From positions 64,001 to 128,000 of IMG/VR virus record IMGVR_UViG_3300021478_000016: a stretch of DNA of 64,000 bases; one strand, given 5' to 3'. Source of the DNA: a virus. Made by a program: the position numbers and the translations under genes. Shown one piece after another: positions 27,169 to 36,894 of this stretch. The notes under the pieces are model-generated. The model was not told the origin of the DNA, ran no database searches, and was given only the letters and a program-made list of their open reading frames with translations. The number at the start of each line of letters is the position of its first letter. The stretch's first letter is position 1.

Positions 27169-29538
27169 ATGGCGACGGCATTCGACCCCATGTTCCGGCA
27201 GGGCCCTTCGATGGGCGAGGGTGCGGACTTCTTCCTCAAGCTGAAGAAGTTCGCGGAAGATCCGGCGACGGGTCCGGCGGAGCCGATGGCTTCGTCGGGA
27301 GCTCCGTTCCAGGACCAGGTCCTCGAGCTGATGCTCAACATGGTCCAGAACGAGTTCAAGACCATGCTCGCCTACAAGACCTACGCGCAGACGCTGCGTG
27401 GGCCCGAGCACTTCGGTGTGGCGAAGGAGTTCGAGGAGCATGCCGAGAACGAGATCGAGCATGCCGACTTCTTGCTCCGCCGTCTCTCGGTGCTGATGGG
27501 TGGTCCGGTGCCGGTGCCGGACATCCCAGCTCCCGAGCCTCTCGACTCCTGCGAGGACATCATTCATGCGATGATCGCCATGGAGCAGGAGGGCATCAAG
27601 AACTGGCAGAACCTCCTCTCGATGCTGGGCGACAACCCGACGAAGTACAAGGTCGAGGAGTTCCTGGCGCGGGAGCTGCACCATGTCGACGAGCTCTTCC
27701 AGCTTCTTCCCTCCGAGACCGCGCAGGCGCAGCAACCGCAGCCTGGTGGCTCCACTTCTGCTCCTCCTGCTGCTCCTCCTGCTGCTCCTCCTGCTGCTGA
27801 ACAGCCCGAAGCTCCGCCGGCTACTCCTCAAGCTGGTGATGGACCTCAGGCCGGGCAGCCGCCCGGTCTGAAGCTCTCGAGCGTCAAGACCGCTGCGCGT
27901 CAGCGCTTCACGCGGGACGACAAGGGAAACATCGTTCAGATCCCCGCTCGCTACGAGGGCAACCCCGAAGACCCGGGCTCGTTCTCGAGCGCCCTCGACG
28001 AGGCGTTCAAGTACGCGTGCAAGACCGCCGGCATCAAGATCCCCGCTCCATCCCACGACAGCACCAAGGGCAGCTCCGAAGCCAAGACGCCGAACGGTGC
28101 CCAGAACCTCGACGTCTTCGACGCCGGCGGCAAGGAGGCATCCAACACGGGCCTCGGCAAGCCGCCGGTCGTCCCGATGGAGAACGAGCCGACGAGCGAC
28201 GCGAAGGATCCGCAGGAGGAGACGAAGCAGGCAGCCGCTGCTCCCGAGCATCTTCGCAAGGCGAAGGAACGCGGTGAGGCCAATGCTGTCGCGCGCTCCA
28301 CGCAGATGAAGGGTCAGCGCGGAGAGCTCTACGGAGACCTCGTCGGCCGCCTTCTCGGCGGTGCTGCTGGTTGGAAGGCGGGCAAGACTCTCGCTGGCAA
28401 GAGTGGAAGCACGCTCGCTCGCGTCATGGGGGTCGGCATGGCCCAGGCTGCGGGCGGCCGGGTGGGGAAGCAGATCGGGAGAGAGGCCGACGCTGCACGC
28501 GCCAAGAAGAAGTACGGCGCAGCCCTCATCGAGAGCCTGCCGTCCTTCCTCAAGACCGCCCTCGAGGACGAGATGAACATGCTCGCCCAAGAGCAGGCGG
28601 CAGAGCAGGCGGAGATGGCCAACGCCGGCCGCTTCTACGCGACCCGCGCGCAAGAGCACGCGCAGGCCCGACAGGCGCTCGAGCAGCAGCTCCAGCAGGC
28701 GCAGTCGGACCTGGAGCAGAAGGAGACGTCGATCCAGCAGATGCAGGAGGCCATGGCCGCCAACTCGTCGGCTGCGAGCGAGTCCACGACCAGCGCCATG
28801 CTCCAGGCCGTCAACTCGAATACACAGGCCATCCAGCAACGGCAGCTCGCCTCCGACGCGGCCAACGCGAACATGACCCTGCGCGACCAGCTCCGTCAGC
28901 TCGCCGACGGACCGAGCGACGGCAACCCGCAGGGCCCCGGTGACATCCAGGGTGCCGTCCAGGGACCCTCAGGCGGCCCGACCTCCGGCAACGGGGAGAA
29001 GGAGCTCCAGGACGGTCCGGGCAGCGCCCCGCCGGCTGGCGAGAGCAACGCCTACCAGCCCATCCAGAGCCCCGAGAGCGGGCTAGCCAAGGGCGAGCCT
29101 GGACGCGTCGTGGGCATCGCCGGCGACAGCCGGCAGCCCTCCACGCCCTCGGCCTACAAGGACGGCGGGCAGGGCAAGCAGGCGGGCCTCCAGCTCCCGC
29201 CGGACGTCAAGGCGAAGCTCCGCGGCATGGGTCTGGGCGCCGCGGCCGGGGCCGGCGTGCTCGGTGGGGCGACGGCCATCGAGGCGGCACGGGGACCCGG
29301 ACCGGTGCGCGAGAAGGTGGAGAAGCTCGAGGCGAAGCCGGAGAGTTTCCGCAACTCGATGCAGACCGCGCAGGCGAAGGGGCATCTCGCGTTCCGCGAG
29401 GCAGTGGCAGAGCATCCGGTAGCCGCGACGGCGGCCTCGATGCTTCCTGGTGCTGCGCTCGGGGCATCTCTCGGTCCGGCGGCGGTGAGCGCCGGCAAGA
29501 AGGTCATCCAGAACATCAAGGCGCTCCGCGCTCAGTGA
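27169..29538 (+). CDS. Multi-module virion protein: ferritin/bacterioferritin-like domain, coiled coil and glycine zippers separated by K-x-A sites
   Basis: NEFKTMLAY...EEHAENEIEHAD...MEQEG...ARELHH (E, ExxH, E, ExxH diiron pattern); KKFA, VKTA, TKQA, LKTA and GKQA fall at module boundaries. Confidence 0.8.
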   Translation: MATAFDPMFRQGPSMGEGADFFLKLKKFAEDPATGPAEPMASSGAPFQDQVLELMLNMVQNEFKTMLAYKTYAQTLRGPEHFGVAKEFEEHAENEIEHADFLLRRLSVLMGGPVPVPDIPAPEPLDSCEDIIHAMIAMEQEGIKNWQNLLSMLGDNPTKYKVEEFLARELHHVDELFQLLPSETAQAQQPQPGGSTSAPPAAPPAAPPAAEQPEAPPATPQAGDGPQAGQPPGLKLSSVKTAARQRFTRDDKGNIVQIPARYEGNPEDPGSFSSALDEAFKYACKTAGIKIPAPSHDSTKGSSEAKTPNGAQNLDVFDAGGKEASNTGLGKPPVVPMENEPTSDAKDPQEETKQAAAAPEHLRKAKERGEANAVARSTQMKGQRGELYGDLVGRLLGGAAGWKAGKTLAGKSGSTLARVMGVGMAQAAGGRVGKQIGREADAARAKKKYGAALIESLPSFLKTALEDEMNMLAQEQAAEQAEMANAGRFYATRAQEHAQARQALEQQLQQAQSDLEQKETSIQQMQEAMAANSSAASESTTSAMLQAVNSNTQAIQQRQLASDAANANMTLRDQLRQLADGPSDGNPQGPGDIQGAVQGPSGGPTSGNGEKELQDGPGSAPPAGESNAYQPIQSPESGLAKGEPGRVVGIAGDSRQPSTPSAYKDGGQGKQAGLQLPPDVKAKLRGMGLGAAAGAGVLGGATAIEAARGPGPVREKVEKLEAKPESFRNSMQTAQAKGHLAFREAVAEHPVAATAASMLPGAALGASLGPAAVSAGKKVIQNIKALRAQ
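27760..27795 (+). repeat. 3 x 12-bp tandem repeat (APPA linker)
   Basis: GCTCCTCCTGCT three times. Confidence 0.9.
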
Positions 29539-29545
29539 GGAGATC

Positions 29546-30550
29546 ATGCTCGACTCGTTCCTGGCAGCCGCCTACGACAACACGAAGAAGAACGAGGAGA
29601 AGCGCGCGATGGTCGACGCGCTCAAGAAGTTGCCGGCGCCCTTCCTCGCGAAGCTCGCGAGTCGAGAGGTGAAGCTCGGCGACATCTTCAGCGCCCCGAA
29701 CTGTTCCAAAGACGGCGACGAGAGCTGGCTCGGCAAGTTCAAGGGCACGCCGCTGGCAGAGCAGGCGATGCAGCTCGAACAGGCCGAGCTCCAGCTCGAG
29801 ATGCAGCGACTCGAGAACCAGCAGCAGAGCCGGGCGGAGAGCCAGGCCAGCAACTCGATCTGGGACCAGCAAGACCAGCTCCGCCTCCAGAAGAAGCTCC
29901 TCGAGCTTCAGCTCTACCAGATGGAGCTCGAGGGGGAGCATGCAGCCATGGCACCACCCGCGACCGTCGACACTCAGAAGAAGAAGCCGATCCCGGAGGC
30001 AGGCAATCCGGGTGCTGGCTCGATGGGCCCGGAGGCCGAGAACAGCGAAGAGAACATGGCTCCGGTGGGCACTCGGGGTCCCGGCGATGCCAAGACGGCT
30101 TCGCTGAAGAAGCTCAGCGAGAGCCCGATGGGCAAGATCGCCGACGCCTGGGGTCGTGAGCTCGCACGCTCCGACATGCAGAAGACCGCCCTGCCCTCGA
30201 TGGGCACTCTCGCCGGCGCCGGCAAGAGCATGCTCTCGGGCGCCAAGGGCATCTGGGGCGCTCTGCCGTCAGCTCAGAAGACCAAGATGCTCGGCGGTGC
30301 TGCGGTGGGTGCTCTCGGTGGTGCAGCAGCGACCGGCCACGATCAACAGGGCTTCCACCCGCTGCGCGCCATCGGCGGAGCTCTCGGAGGCGCTGCCCTC
30401 GGCGGTGCCGCAGGCGGGGCGGCGCACAACATCGCCGAGAAGGGTCTCGCCGGCGGCATCTCGCAGAGCGTGCAGCAGGGCAAGAACATCGGTGGCTTCC
30501 TCGCTGGGCAGGCCCGCGCTGCGATGCCGGGCCTCTCCCCAAAAGTCTGA
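29546..30550 (+). CDS. Virion protein: Gln/Leu coiled coil plus a C-terminal glycine-zipper module
   Basis: AKLA, AKTA, GKIA, QKTA; GGAAVGALGGAA and GGALGGAALGGAAGGAA. Confidence 0.7.
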   Translation: MLDSFLAAAYDNTKKNEEKRAMVDALKKLPAPFLAKLASREVKLGDIFSAPNCSKDGDESWLGKFKGTPLAEQAMQLEQAELQLEMQRLENQQQSRAESQASNSIWDQQDQLRLQKKLLELQLYQMELEGEHAAMAPPATVDTQKKKPIPEAGNPGAGSMGPEAENSEENMAPVGTRGPGDAKTASLKKLSESPMGKIADAWGRELARSDMQKTALPSMGTLAGAGKSMLSGAKGIWGALPSAQKTKMLGGAAVGALGGAAATGHDQQGFHPLRAIGGALGGAALGGAAGGAAHNIAEKGLAGGISQSVQQGKNIGGFLAGQARAAMPGLSPKV

Positions 30551-30621
30551 CCGGGGTCCCAGCCCCGGCTCCCAGTCAGCTCCCAACGGTCGCTCGCGCA
30601 CCTGCACGTGCCCCCACATCG

Positions 30622-30993
30622 ATGGCACCGACACAACTCGCGCCAGGAGGAACGAAGATGTCCCCGGGAGTAGTCCCCGCTCCCGGCAAGAGCCACTCGC
30701 TCGCTGTCGGAGAGAGCTTCCAGAAGATGTACGAAGGCCTCGACTCGAACATGCAGAAGACGATCTCCTCTCTGCCTCTCGTGTCGCAAGGCCATCTCAG
30801 TCCCGCAGCCGCGCTCAACATCCTGCACTACGACAAGAAGCCCGGAGAGCAGCTCGGCGACGTCGTCTCGCGCGTCGCTCTTCCGAGCTCCATCCCCTCA
30901 GCGCCTGGTGGGTCCTCGATTCGACCGCGCTCCATGGCCACCGTCGGCCCGCGCCCACGCAGCTCGTCTGCGTTCGCCACCGGAATCGGATGA
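30622..30993 (+). CDS. Hypothetical protein
   Basis: Fills the gap in the operon; GGAGG precedes the second Met. Confidence 0.55.
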   Translation: MAPTQLAPGGTKMSPGVVPAPGKSHSLAVGESFQKMYEGLDSNMQKTISSLPLVSQGHLSPAAALNILHYDKKPGEQLGDVVSRVALPSSIPSAPGGSSIRPRSMATVGPRPRSSSAFATGIG

Positions 30994-30994
30994 C

Positions 30995-31912
30995 ATGCCC
31001 GTCTCGATCGAGGTCATCAAGCTCAAGGTTCGGTCCCTCGACCGGAACCTGATTGAGATCTCCTGGGAGCTCAAGAGCACCCAGGAGGATGTCTTCGACT
31101 ATCAGTTCCAGATCTACCGCAGTGAGTCGCCGAGTGGACCCTGGGACATCATCTCGGTCCCCTTCCAGGACGAGTACCTCTTCATCGACAACGCCATCTG
31201 GGTCGGAGATCGATGGAGGATGCTGCACTATCAGGTGCGGGTCATCCACGTTCCGACAGGAGACACGAAGGACTTCGGCCCCGTGACCCAAGAGGCAGAG
31301 CCCGACCTCATCGCCCTCGAGCTGCGCCGCCACACCCAGCTCCTCTTCCACGAGTACGCTGGTCGCAAGTGCTGGGTCTTGCCGATCCGCACCTTCGGTC
31401 CTCGCTGCGAGTGCTGGGACAACCGCCTCCAGAAGAAGACCCGGTCCCGCTGCGAGCTCTGCTTCGACACCGGCTTCGTGCGAGGGTACCTGTCCCCCAT
31501 CGAGGTCTGGATGCAGGTCGATCCCTCACCGAAGACGAACCAGGTGACGAACGTGGGCACGATGCAGCAGTCGAATACGACTGCGCGAGTCGGCTACTAC
31601 CCGCCGCTCAGACCGAACGACCTCATCGTCGAACCGGAGAACCGCCGCTGGCGTGTCATCCAGGTCAACCAGACGGAGCAAGGTCGGGCCGCAGTCCATC
31701 AAGAGCTCCAGCTTCACGAGATTCCCCATCGTGACATCGAGTACGCTGTGCCGCTTCTCTTGGACCAGGCGCTCAAGGACATCTGGTTCTCCCCGCCGCG
31801 CAACTTCACGATGCCGACCAATCTCCAGAACGTGGAAGACACCGACATCCTCGACCCGTTCTCCATCTACCCGGCGCAGATCCCCGACCCCTCCAGCTTC
31901 GGTAAGGGATGA
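30995..31912 (+). CDS. Neck/head-closure-like protein with an N-terminal FN3/Ig-like domain
   Basis: IEISW...FQIYRSESPSGPW...YQVR pattern; CECW...CELCFDTGFVRGY; RWRVIQV. Confidence 0.55.
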   Translation: MPVSIEVIKLKVRSLDRNLIEISWELKSTQEDVFDYQFQIYRSESPSGPWDIISVPFQDEYLFIDNAIWVGDRWRMLHYQVRVIHVPTGDTKDFGPVTQEAEPDLIALELRRHTQLLFHEYAGRKCWVLPIRTFGPRCECWDNRLQKKTRSRCELCFDTGFVRGYLSPIEVWMQVDPSPKTNQVTNVGTMQQSNTTARVGYYPPLRPNDLIVEPENRRWRVIQVNQTEQGRAAVHQELQLHEIPHRDIEYAVPLLLDQALKDIWFSPPRNFTMPTNLQNVEDTDILDPFSIYPAQIPDPSSFGKG

Positions 31913-32472
31913 CCATGAGCCTCCCCAGCATCTTCGACTACCTGCCTGAAGAAGGGCCCGGTCTCGTGAAGTCGGCGATGGATGCTGGTCTGCTGACGAA
32001 GCTCAAGACCGTCACCAAGAGCACTCCGAAGATCAAGTTGAAGTGGGGAGGCAAGGGGCAGTTCAACGCAGATACCTTCAACTCCGAAGCGGCGGCTGCT
32101 CGTCCTCTCGTTCGTCCTCTCGAGGTGGCGAGCGACCCGTTCAAGAAGACTGGGGAGACGAAGAAGGAAGAACCGGTGCCCTTCAGTGGGGCAACGATTC
32201 GAGCGGCGCTGAAGACGACGCTCCCGTACATCGTCGGTGTTCCCATCGGCGCGGTCATCGGCCACGGACTCGGCAAGGGTCTGGACCTGCTCGAGAGAGA
32301 GCATGGGGTGCCGGTGACTGGTATGGTGACAAAGTACGGTCCGACGGCGTTCATGGCTCTTGGCGGTCTTCTGGCTGCTCGAGAGGCTGCTCACAGGAAG
32401 GCGGAGAGAGAGGTCTGGAGACGTGCCCACGAGAGTACCCAGAACGGAGCCGCGGGGAGCGCTACCGAGTAG
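31909..32472 (+). CDS. Virion protein with a K-S-A leader and two hydrophobic Gly-rich helices
   Basis: GLVKSA|MD; IVGVPIGAVIGHGLG; FMALGGLLAA. Confidence 0.6.
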   Translation: MTMSLPSIFDYLPEEGPGLVKSAMDAGLLTKLKTVTKSTPKIKLKWGGKGQFNADTFNSEAAAARPLVRPLEVASDPFKKTGETKKEEPVPFSGATIRAALKTTLPYIVGVPIGAVIGHGLGKGLDLLEREHGVPVTGMVTKYGPTAFMALGGLLAAREAAHRKAEREVWRRAHESTQNGAAGSATE

Positions 32473-33379
32473 CAGCTTCAAGTACAACCCGCTTCAGCAC
32501 GTTAGGTACCTCTACACGATCTTCGTGCAGGGGCTCTTCTATCGTGCGCCTCGTGGGGCATACCACTGGGAGGAAGAGCTTCAGGATTCGGAGATCGTGA
32601 TAACGGCTGAAGCGCCTCTCAACACAACGACGCTCGGCGACCGCCCCGGCATCACGTTCACTCGAGCTCCCATTGCCTTCCGGCACCTCGGCTTCGACGA
32701 CATGCTGAAGGTCGACGCGGCCAGCGGTCAGAAGATGAAGGGTCTTCTCATCCCGGGGACCATGATCGTCAACTGCTGCTCGAAGAACGACCTCGAGAGC
32801 GAGCAGATTGCCTGGGTCACAGCAGAGGGTATCTGGCTCTTGCGTGACCAACTCATGCAACAGGGCTTCTACGACATCGGCAGGAACATTCAGATCAGTG
32901 CACCCAGCAAGGCCGGTGGTGTGGTCGAGGGCGATGGGGCTCAGGAGTTCTACTGCACCTCAATCACTTCCCCCTTCCAGTTCCAGAGGACGAGCGTGTT
33001 CACGCCTCTGGGGCAGAGGCTCTTGCAGGGTCTCACCCTTCAGATGGGGCTGAACCCTCAGGCATCTCTTCAACAGGGGATCCCCATTCCTGGAGGAACA
33101 GGGCCTGTAGATCCGCCCTTCGAACAAGATGTCTACCCCCCTCCGCCCTTCGCACCGGGTGCAGGGAATCCGAACATCCGCTCTCTGGGTAATCCATCTG
33201 GGCTTCCTCTTGTCCCTCACCCTCTCGACCCATCAAAACTCGTCATCGTCAGACCTGTGAGAGCAGATCAACCAGGTGTGAGACCGCCTTCCATCAACGG
33301 ACAAGTACTTCCCATACTGGCTCCGCCCGTGACATCATCTGAGCCAGAGACGGTCCTCACGACCACCGTGAAAGTCTAG
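32423..33379 (+). CDS. Putative tail completion/terminator protein with a Pro-rich tail
   Basis: Immediately precedes the sheath; start uncertain (GTG 32423). Confidence 0.5.
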   Translation: MPTRVPRTEPRGALPSSSFKYNPLQHVRYLYTIFVQGLFYRAPRGAYHWEEELQDSEIVITAEAPLNTTTLGDRPGITFTRAPIAFRHLGFDDMLKVDAASGQKMKGLLIPGTMIVNCCSKNDLESEQIAWVTAEGIWLLRDQLMQQGFYDIGRNIQISAPSKAGGVVEGDGAQEFYCTSITSPFQFQRTSVFTPLGQRLLQGLTLQMGLNPQASLQQGIPIPGGTGPVDPPFEQDVYPPPPFAPGAGNPNIRSLGNPSGLPLVPHPLDPSKLVIVRPVRADQPGVRPPSINGQVLPILAPPVTSSEPETVLTTTVKV

Positions 33380-33394
33380 GAAAAAGGAGCCGCC

Positions 33395-36268
33395 ATGGCG
33401 TCGAGTGGCCTGCCGCAACCCGGGGTCGAAGTCATTCAGGTCTTCCAGACGGTCAGCCCCACCGTCATCACCCCGACGCTCGTTCCGTGCGTCGTCGGCG
33501 CCTGCAAACAGGTCGTCGATGCTGTGGTGCCGAGCGCCACGGGCAGCACCCAGGTGAACTCGGGGGCGCAGGTCGAGAAACCTGCCACGCTCACGGCCAT
33601 CGCCGCAACGGGCGGACCTCCGGTCGTCTACACGCTGAACGGGAACCTCAAGTTCGCGTCCGATGGGCTGCCGACCGTGACCGTGAACTTCGTGAGCGGT
33701 ACGTACACGCCGCAACAGGTGGTCACCATGGTCAACGCCGCGATCCTCGCGGCGGGTCAGTCCAACCTCGTCGCCGAGCTCGTGGGCACCACGCAGTGGC
33801 GCCTGCGCACGCTCTCGGAGACGGACTTCGACTTCATCTCGGTCGACCCGACTTCGACGTCCGGCGTGCTCACGGCGTTCGGCTTCTTCGGCAACGAGTT
33901 CAAGTCCGGCGCGGCTTCGTACCACCAGTTCCAGGTCACGATCCCCACACCGTCGTTCCCGGACCCGAACAACAACCTCGCGCAGCTCGCCATCGATACG
34001 ACCACCATCCGTGGATTCCTCGGCATCTCGGGCAACGCTGCTCTTCAGGAGGCGCTGCGCACGCAGACCGTCCTGCGCAAGGGTGGCGCCACGACGGTGA
34101 TCGATAGTGGAAACGGAACCGGCTTCTCGAACATCATCCAGGCCGCAGGACAGGACTTCACGTCCCTGTCTACGGTGGCCACGGTGGCGTCCGTGACCGG
34201 CTCGGCAACGCCGACGTTCGGCAGCCTGGCGGGCAAGACCCTGGTCGTCTCGGATGGACGTGAGCCCATCACAGTCACGTTCGGGACGTGCGCGGTCATC
34301 GGCGATGTCGTCGCACAATTCAACGCGTTCTTCAGCGCGACGGACGGCATCCTCGCCTCGGCCTCGGGCACGGACCTCACGCTCACCAGCACGCGCCTGC
34401 GTGAGGATGGCCTGACGACCGCTCTCGGTGAGGACAGCTCGATCGTCCTGCTCGGCGGCAGCGCACTGTACCCGACCAACCTCCTCGATCCGGGTGGCAC
34501 GCCGACCCTCCACATCGGCCGCTACACCGGCAGCCCGATGGCTGTCTTCCCCGGCGACCAGCTCTTCATCGACGGTGTTCTCGTCGGCGTCATCAACCAG
34601 GTCGCTCCGAACGGACAGAACGCGCAGCTCCGCGTCAACGCGAACAAGCCACTCTCGTTCACCGGCAGCCACTTCTACATCGTGGCGACGAGCCTCGCGG
34701 CTCTGCCCGGAGAAACAGCGAACCGCCCGCGTCCCGACTTCATCGTGGATGCGAACGGCAACGCGACGTTCAAGCACGGCCTGCTGCGAGACTCGAATGG
34801 AGTCGTCGTCGAGTCGCTCCAGACGTCGGCCCTCGTCGAGCCGAGCAGCAACATGTACATCGCGTACAAGGCGCTGCGACTCGATGTCTCGAGCAGGGCG
34901 ACGAACCCGGGTCTGCTCCAGTTCAGCGACACGGCGACGCTCCAGAGCCAGCTCGCTCCCATCACGACGGACAACCCGCTGGGTCTCGGTCTCTACTTCG
35001 CCCTGCTCAATGCACCGGCGGTGCAGATCACCGGTCTGGGTGTGGACGCAGTGTCTCCGAGCGAGCCGTTCGGCACCCTGGCAGCGTTCACGGATGCGGC
35101 GACGTTCCTCGAGCAGTTCGAGGTGTACGCCATCGCGCCCCTGACGCACGAGACGACGGTCCATCAGGTCTTCCAGACCCACGTCGACACGATGAGCGCG
35201 CCCGAGAACAAGGGTGAACGCATCGTGCTCGTCAATCCGAGCAAGCCCGTCAACCGGCTCAATGCGCTGGTGGCATCCGGCACGGACGGCAACACGATCG
35301 GCACGGGCGGCCTGACCTTCGACACGGGCATCGCCAACCTGACCGCGCTGCTCGTCGCTGCGGGGATCTCGAACCCGGCCTCCATCCCGGTGAGCTCGGG
35401 CGTCTTCCTCAACATCAGCGACAACAACCTCAACTACAACGTCTCGGCGGTGAGCGGGTCGGTCGTGACGGTGAACATCACCTTCACGGGCAGCCAGAAC
35501 ACCGACGGCTTCTTCTCGACGACGGACCTCAAGACTCCGCCGCTCCCATCGGCGCTCATCGAGGACCCGTTCTCCATCAAGGTCCGCGGCACGCCGCTGG
35601 TCTTGACGGACGGCATCACGCCGGACAAGCCGAGCATCGCCTCGACCATCACGGCCATGGCGCAGGCGTTCCTCGACCGCCGCGTGTGGATGGTCGTGCC
35701 CGATACGTGCGCCGCCACTCTCGGTGGGGTGGAGCAGGTCCTCGACGGCTTCTACATGTGCGCGGCCATCGCGGGCATGATCGGTCAGCAGCCTCCGCAG
35801 CAGTCGTTCACCAACTTCCCGATGACTGGCTTCACGCGCGTCATCGGCTCGAACGACTTCTTCACGCCGCAGCAGATGAACCAGATGGCTGGTGGCGGCG
35901 CGTACATCATCCTCCAGGACGTGAAGGGCGTCAGCCCGCTGTACTCGCGTATGGCGCTGACCACCGACCTCACGTCCATCGAGACGAGGACGGACAGCAT
36001 CACGAAGATCGTGGACTTCTGCGCGAAGTTCTACCGCACCGGTCTGAAGAACTTCATCGGGCGGTTCAACATCAACCAGGGTCTCCTCGACTCACTGGGT
36101 CACGTGCTCCAGGGTCTCACGGGATTCCTCACGGAGTCCGGCGTCCTCATCGGCGCGCACGTGAACAACTTGATCCAGGACACCGCGGCTCCCGACACCG
36201 TGCTCGTCGACATCACGCTCGACGTGCCATTCCCCTGCAATTACATCCGCATCACGCTCGTCATCTGA
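33395..36268 (+). CDS. Contractile tail sheath protein (large, with inserted domains)
   Basis: N-terminal PGVEVIQ; C-terminal AAIAGM...SFTN...LTTD...SITKIVDF...FIGRFNI...PFPCNYIRITL; 957 aa. Confidence 0.9.
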   Translation: MASSGLPQPGVEVIQVFQTVSPTVITPTLVPCVVGACKQVVDAVVPSATGSTQVNSGAQVEKPATLTAIAATGGPPVVYTLNGNLKFASDGLPTVTVNFVSGTYTPQQVVTMVNAAILAAGQSNLVAELVGTTQWRLRTLSETDFDFISVDPTSTSGVLTAFGFFGNEFKSGAASYHQFQVTIPTPSFPDPNNNLAQLAIDTTTIRGFLGISGNAALQEALRTQTVLRKGGATTVIDSGNGTGFSNIIQAAGQDFTSLSTVATVASVTGSATPTFGSLAGKTLVVSDGREPITVTFGTCAVIGDVVAQFNAFFSATDGILASASGTDLTLTSTRLREDGLTTALGEDSSIVLLGGSALYPTNLLDPGGTPTLHIGRYTGSPMAVFPGDQLFIDGVLVGVINQVAPNGQNAQLRVNANKPLSFTGSHFYIVATSLAALPGETANRPRPDFIVDANGNATFKHGLLRDSNGVVVESLQTSALVEPSSNMYIAYKALRLDVSSRATNPGLLQFSDTATLQSQLAPITTDNPLGLGLYFALLNAPAVQITGLGVDAVSPSEPFGTLAAFTDAATFLEQFEVYAIAPLTHETTVHQVFQTHVDTMSAPENKGERIVLVNPSKPVNRLNALVASGTDGNTIGTGGLTFDTGIANLTALLVAAGISNPASIPVSSGVFLNISDNNLNYNVSAVSGSVVTVNITFTGSQNTDGFFSTTDLKTPPLPSALIEDPFSIKVRGTPLVLTDGITPDKPSIASTITAMAQAFLDRRVWMVVPDTCAATLGGVEQVLDGFYMCAAIAGMIGQQPPQQSFTNFPMTGFTRVIGSNDFFTPQQMNQMAGGGAYIILQDVKGVSPLYSRMALTTDLTSIETRTDSITKIVDFCAKFYRTGLKNFIGRFNINQGLLDSLGHVLQGLTGFLTESGVLIGAHVNNLIQDTAAPDTVLVDITLDVPFPCNYIRITLVI

Positions 36269-36285
36269 GCGTGTGAGGAGATGCA

Positions 36286-36894
36286 ATGAATCAGCTTGAC
36301 AACATGATCAATAGGAGCTTCGGCTTCTTGACGGTCGTCGAGCGCGCCCCGAACGATCGCTTCGGGAACGTGTGGTGGAGATGTTTGTGTCGCTGTGGAG
36401 GGGCTTGCCTCAAGCGGGCCTCTCAACTTCGCGAAGGAAAGTTCTTCACCTGCGGTCGAGAGGCCTGTCGCTTCTGGTCGAAGGTCTACGTTCCTGAGGG
36501 AGATAGCTGCCACGAATGGACTGGCGGTCTGAAGGACTCCGGGTACGGCCAGTTCAAAACCTCTACAGGCACGATCTCAGCTCACATCTACGCCTGGGAA
36601 CAGAAGCATGGTCCCGTGCCTGCCGGGAAACTCCTACGGCACACCTGCGATGTAAGGCACTGCGTTCGTGATGACCATCTGCTTTTGGGAACGCATCTAC
36701 AGAACATGCAGGACATGGTGGATAGGGGGCGAAGTCATTCCCCAAGACCGCCTCTTCCTGTCCAGAAAAGACTGGAACTGCTACAAGACAAGGAGGAGGG
36801 TTTCACCGCCCTCGCTCTAGTCGAGAAGTACGGTGTGAGCCTCAGGACGGTGAGTAGGATCATCCAAGAACACCGCAAGGGAGTGGATCAATGA
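36286..36894 (+). CDS. HNH homing endonuclease inserted between sheath and tube
   Basis: WRCLCRCG; CHEWTG..GYG..AH..AWE..HGPVP..LRHTCDVRHCV..HL.LGT..QN; C-terminal HTH-like segment. Confidence 0.88.
   Translation: MNQLDNMINRSFGFLTVVERAPNDRFGNVWWRCLCRCGGACLKRASQLREGKFFTCGREACRFWSKVYVPEGDSCHEWTGGLKDSGYGQFKTSTGTISAHIYAWEQKHGPVPAGKLLRHTCDVRHCVRDDHLLLGTHLQNMQDMVDRGRSHSPRPPLPVQKRLELLQDKEEGFTALALVEKYGVSLRTVSRIIQEHRKGVDQ

Noticed and set aside
27760-27795. Phase-variable or regulatory tandem repeat
   Set aside because: An in-frame 12-mer encoding a Pro/Ala linker; changes in copy number would not shift the frame.
24331-29538. Encapsulin nanocompartment operon (shell plus ferritin cargo)
   Set aside because: Terminase, prohead protease, sheath and tube in the same block show a true phage head. 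Only the analogy is kept.
2820-35182. Very long antisense ORFs (e.g. 2820-6257, 10858-12468, 23053-25551, 27145-28839, 33335-35182)
   Set aside because: Shadow frames of GC3-biased real genes on the opposite strand; no motifs or SDs.
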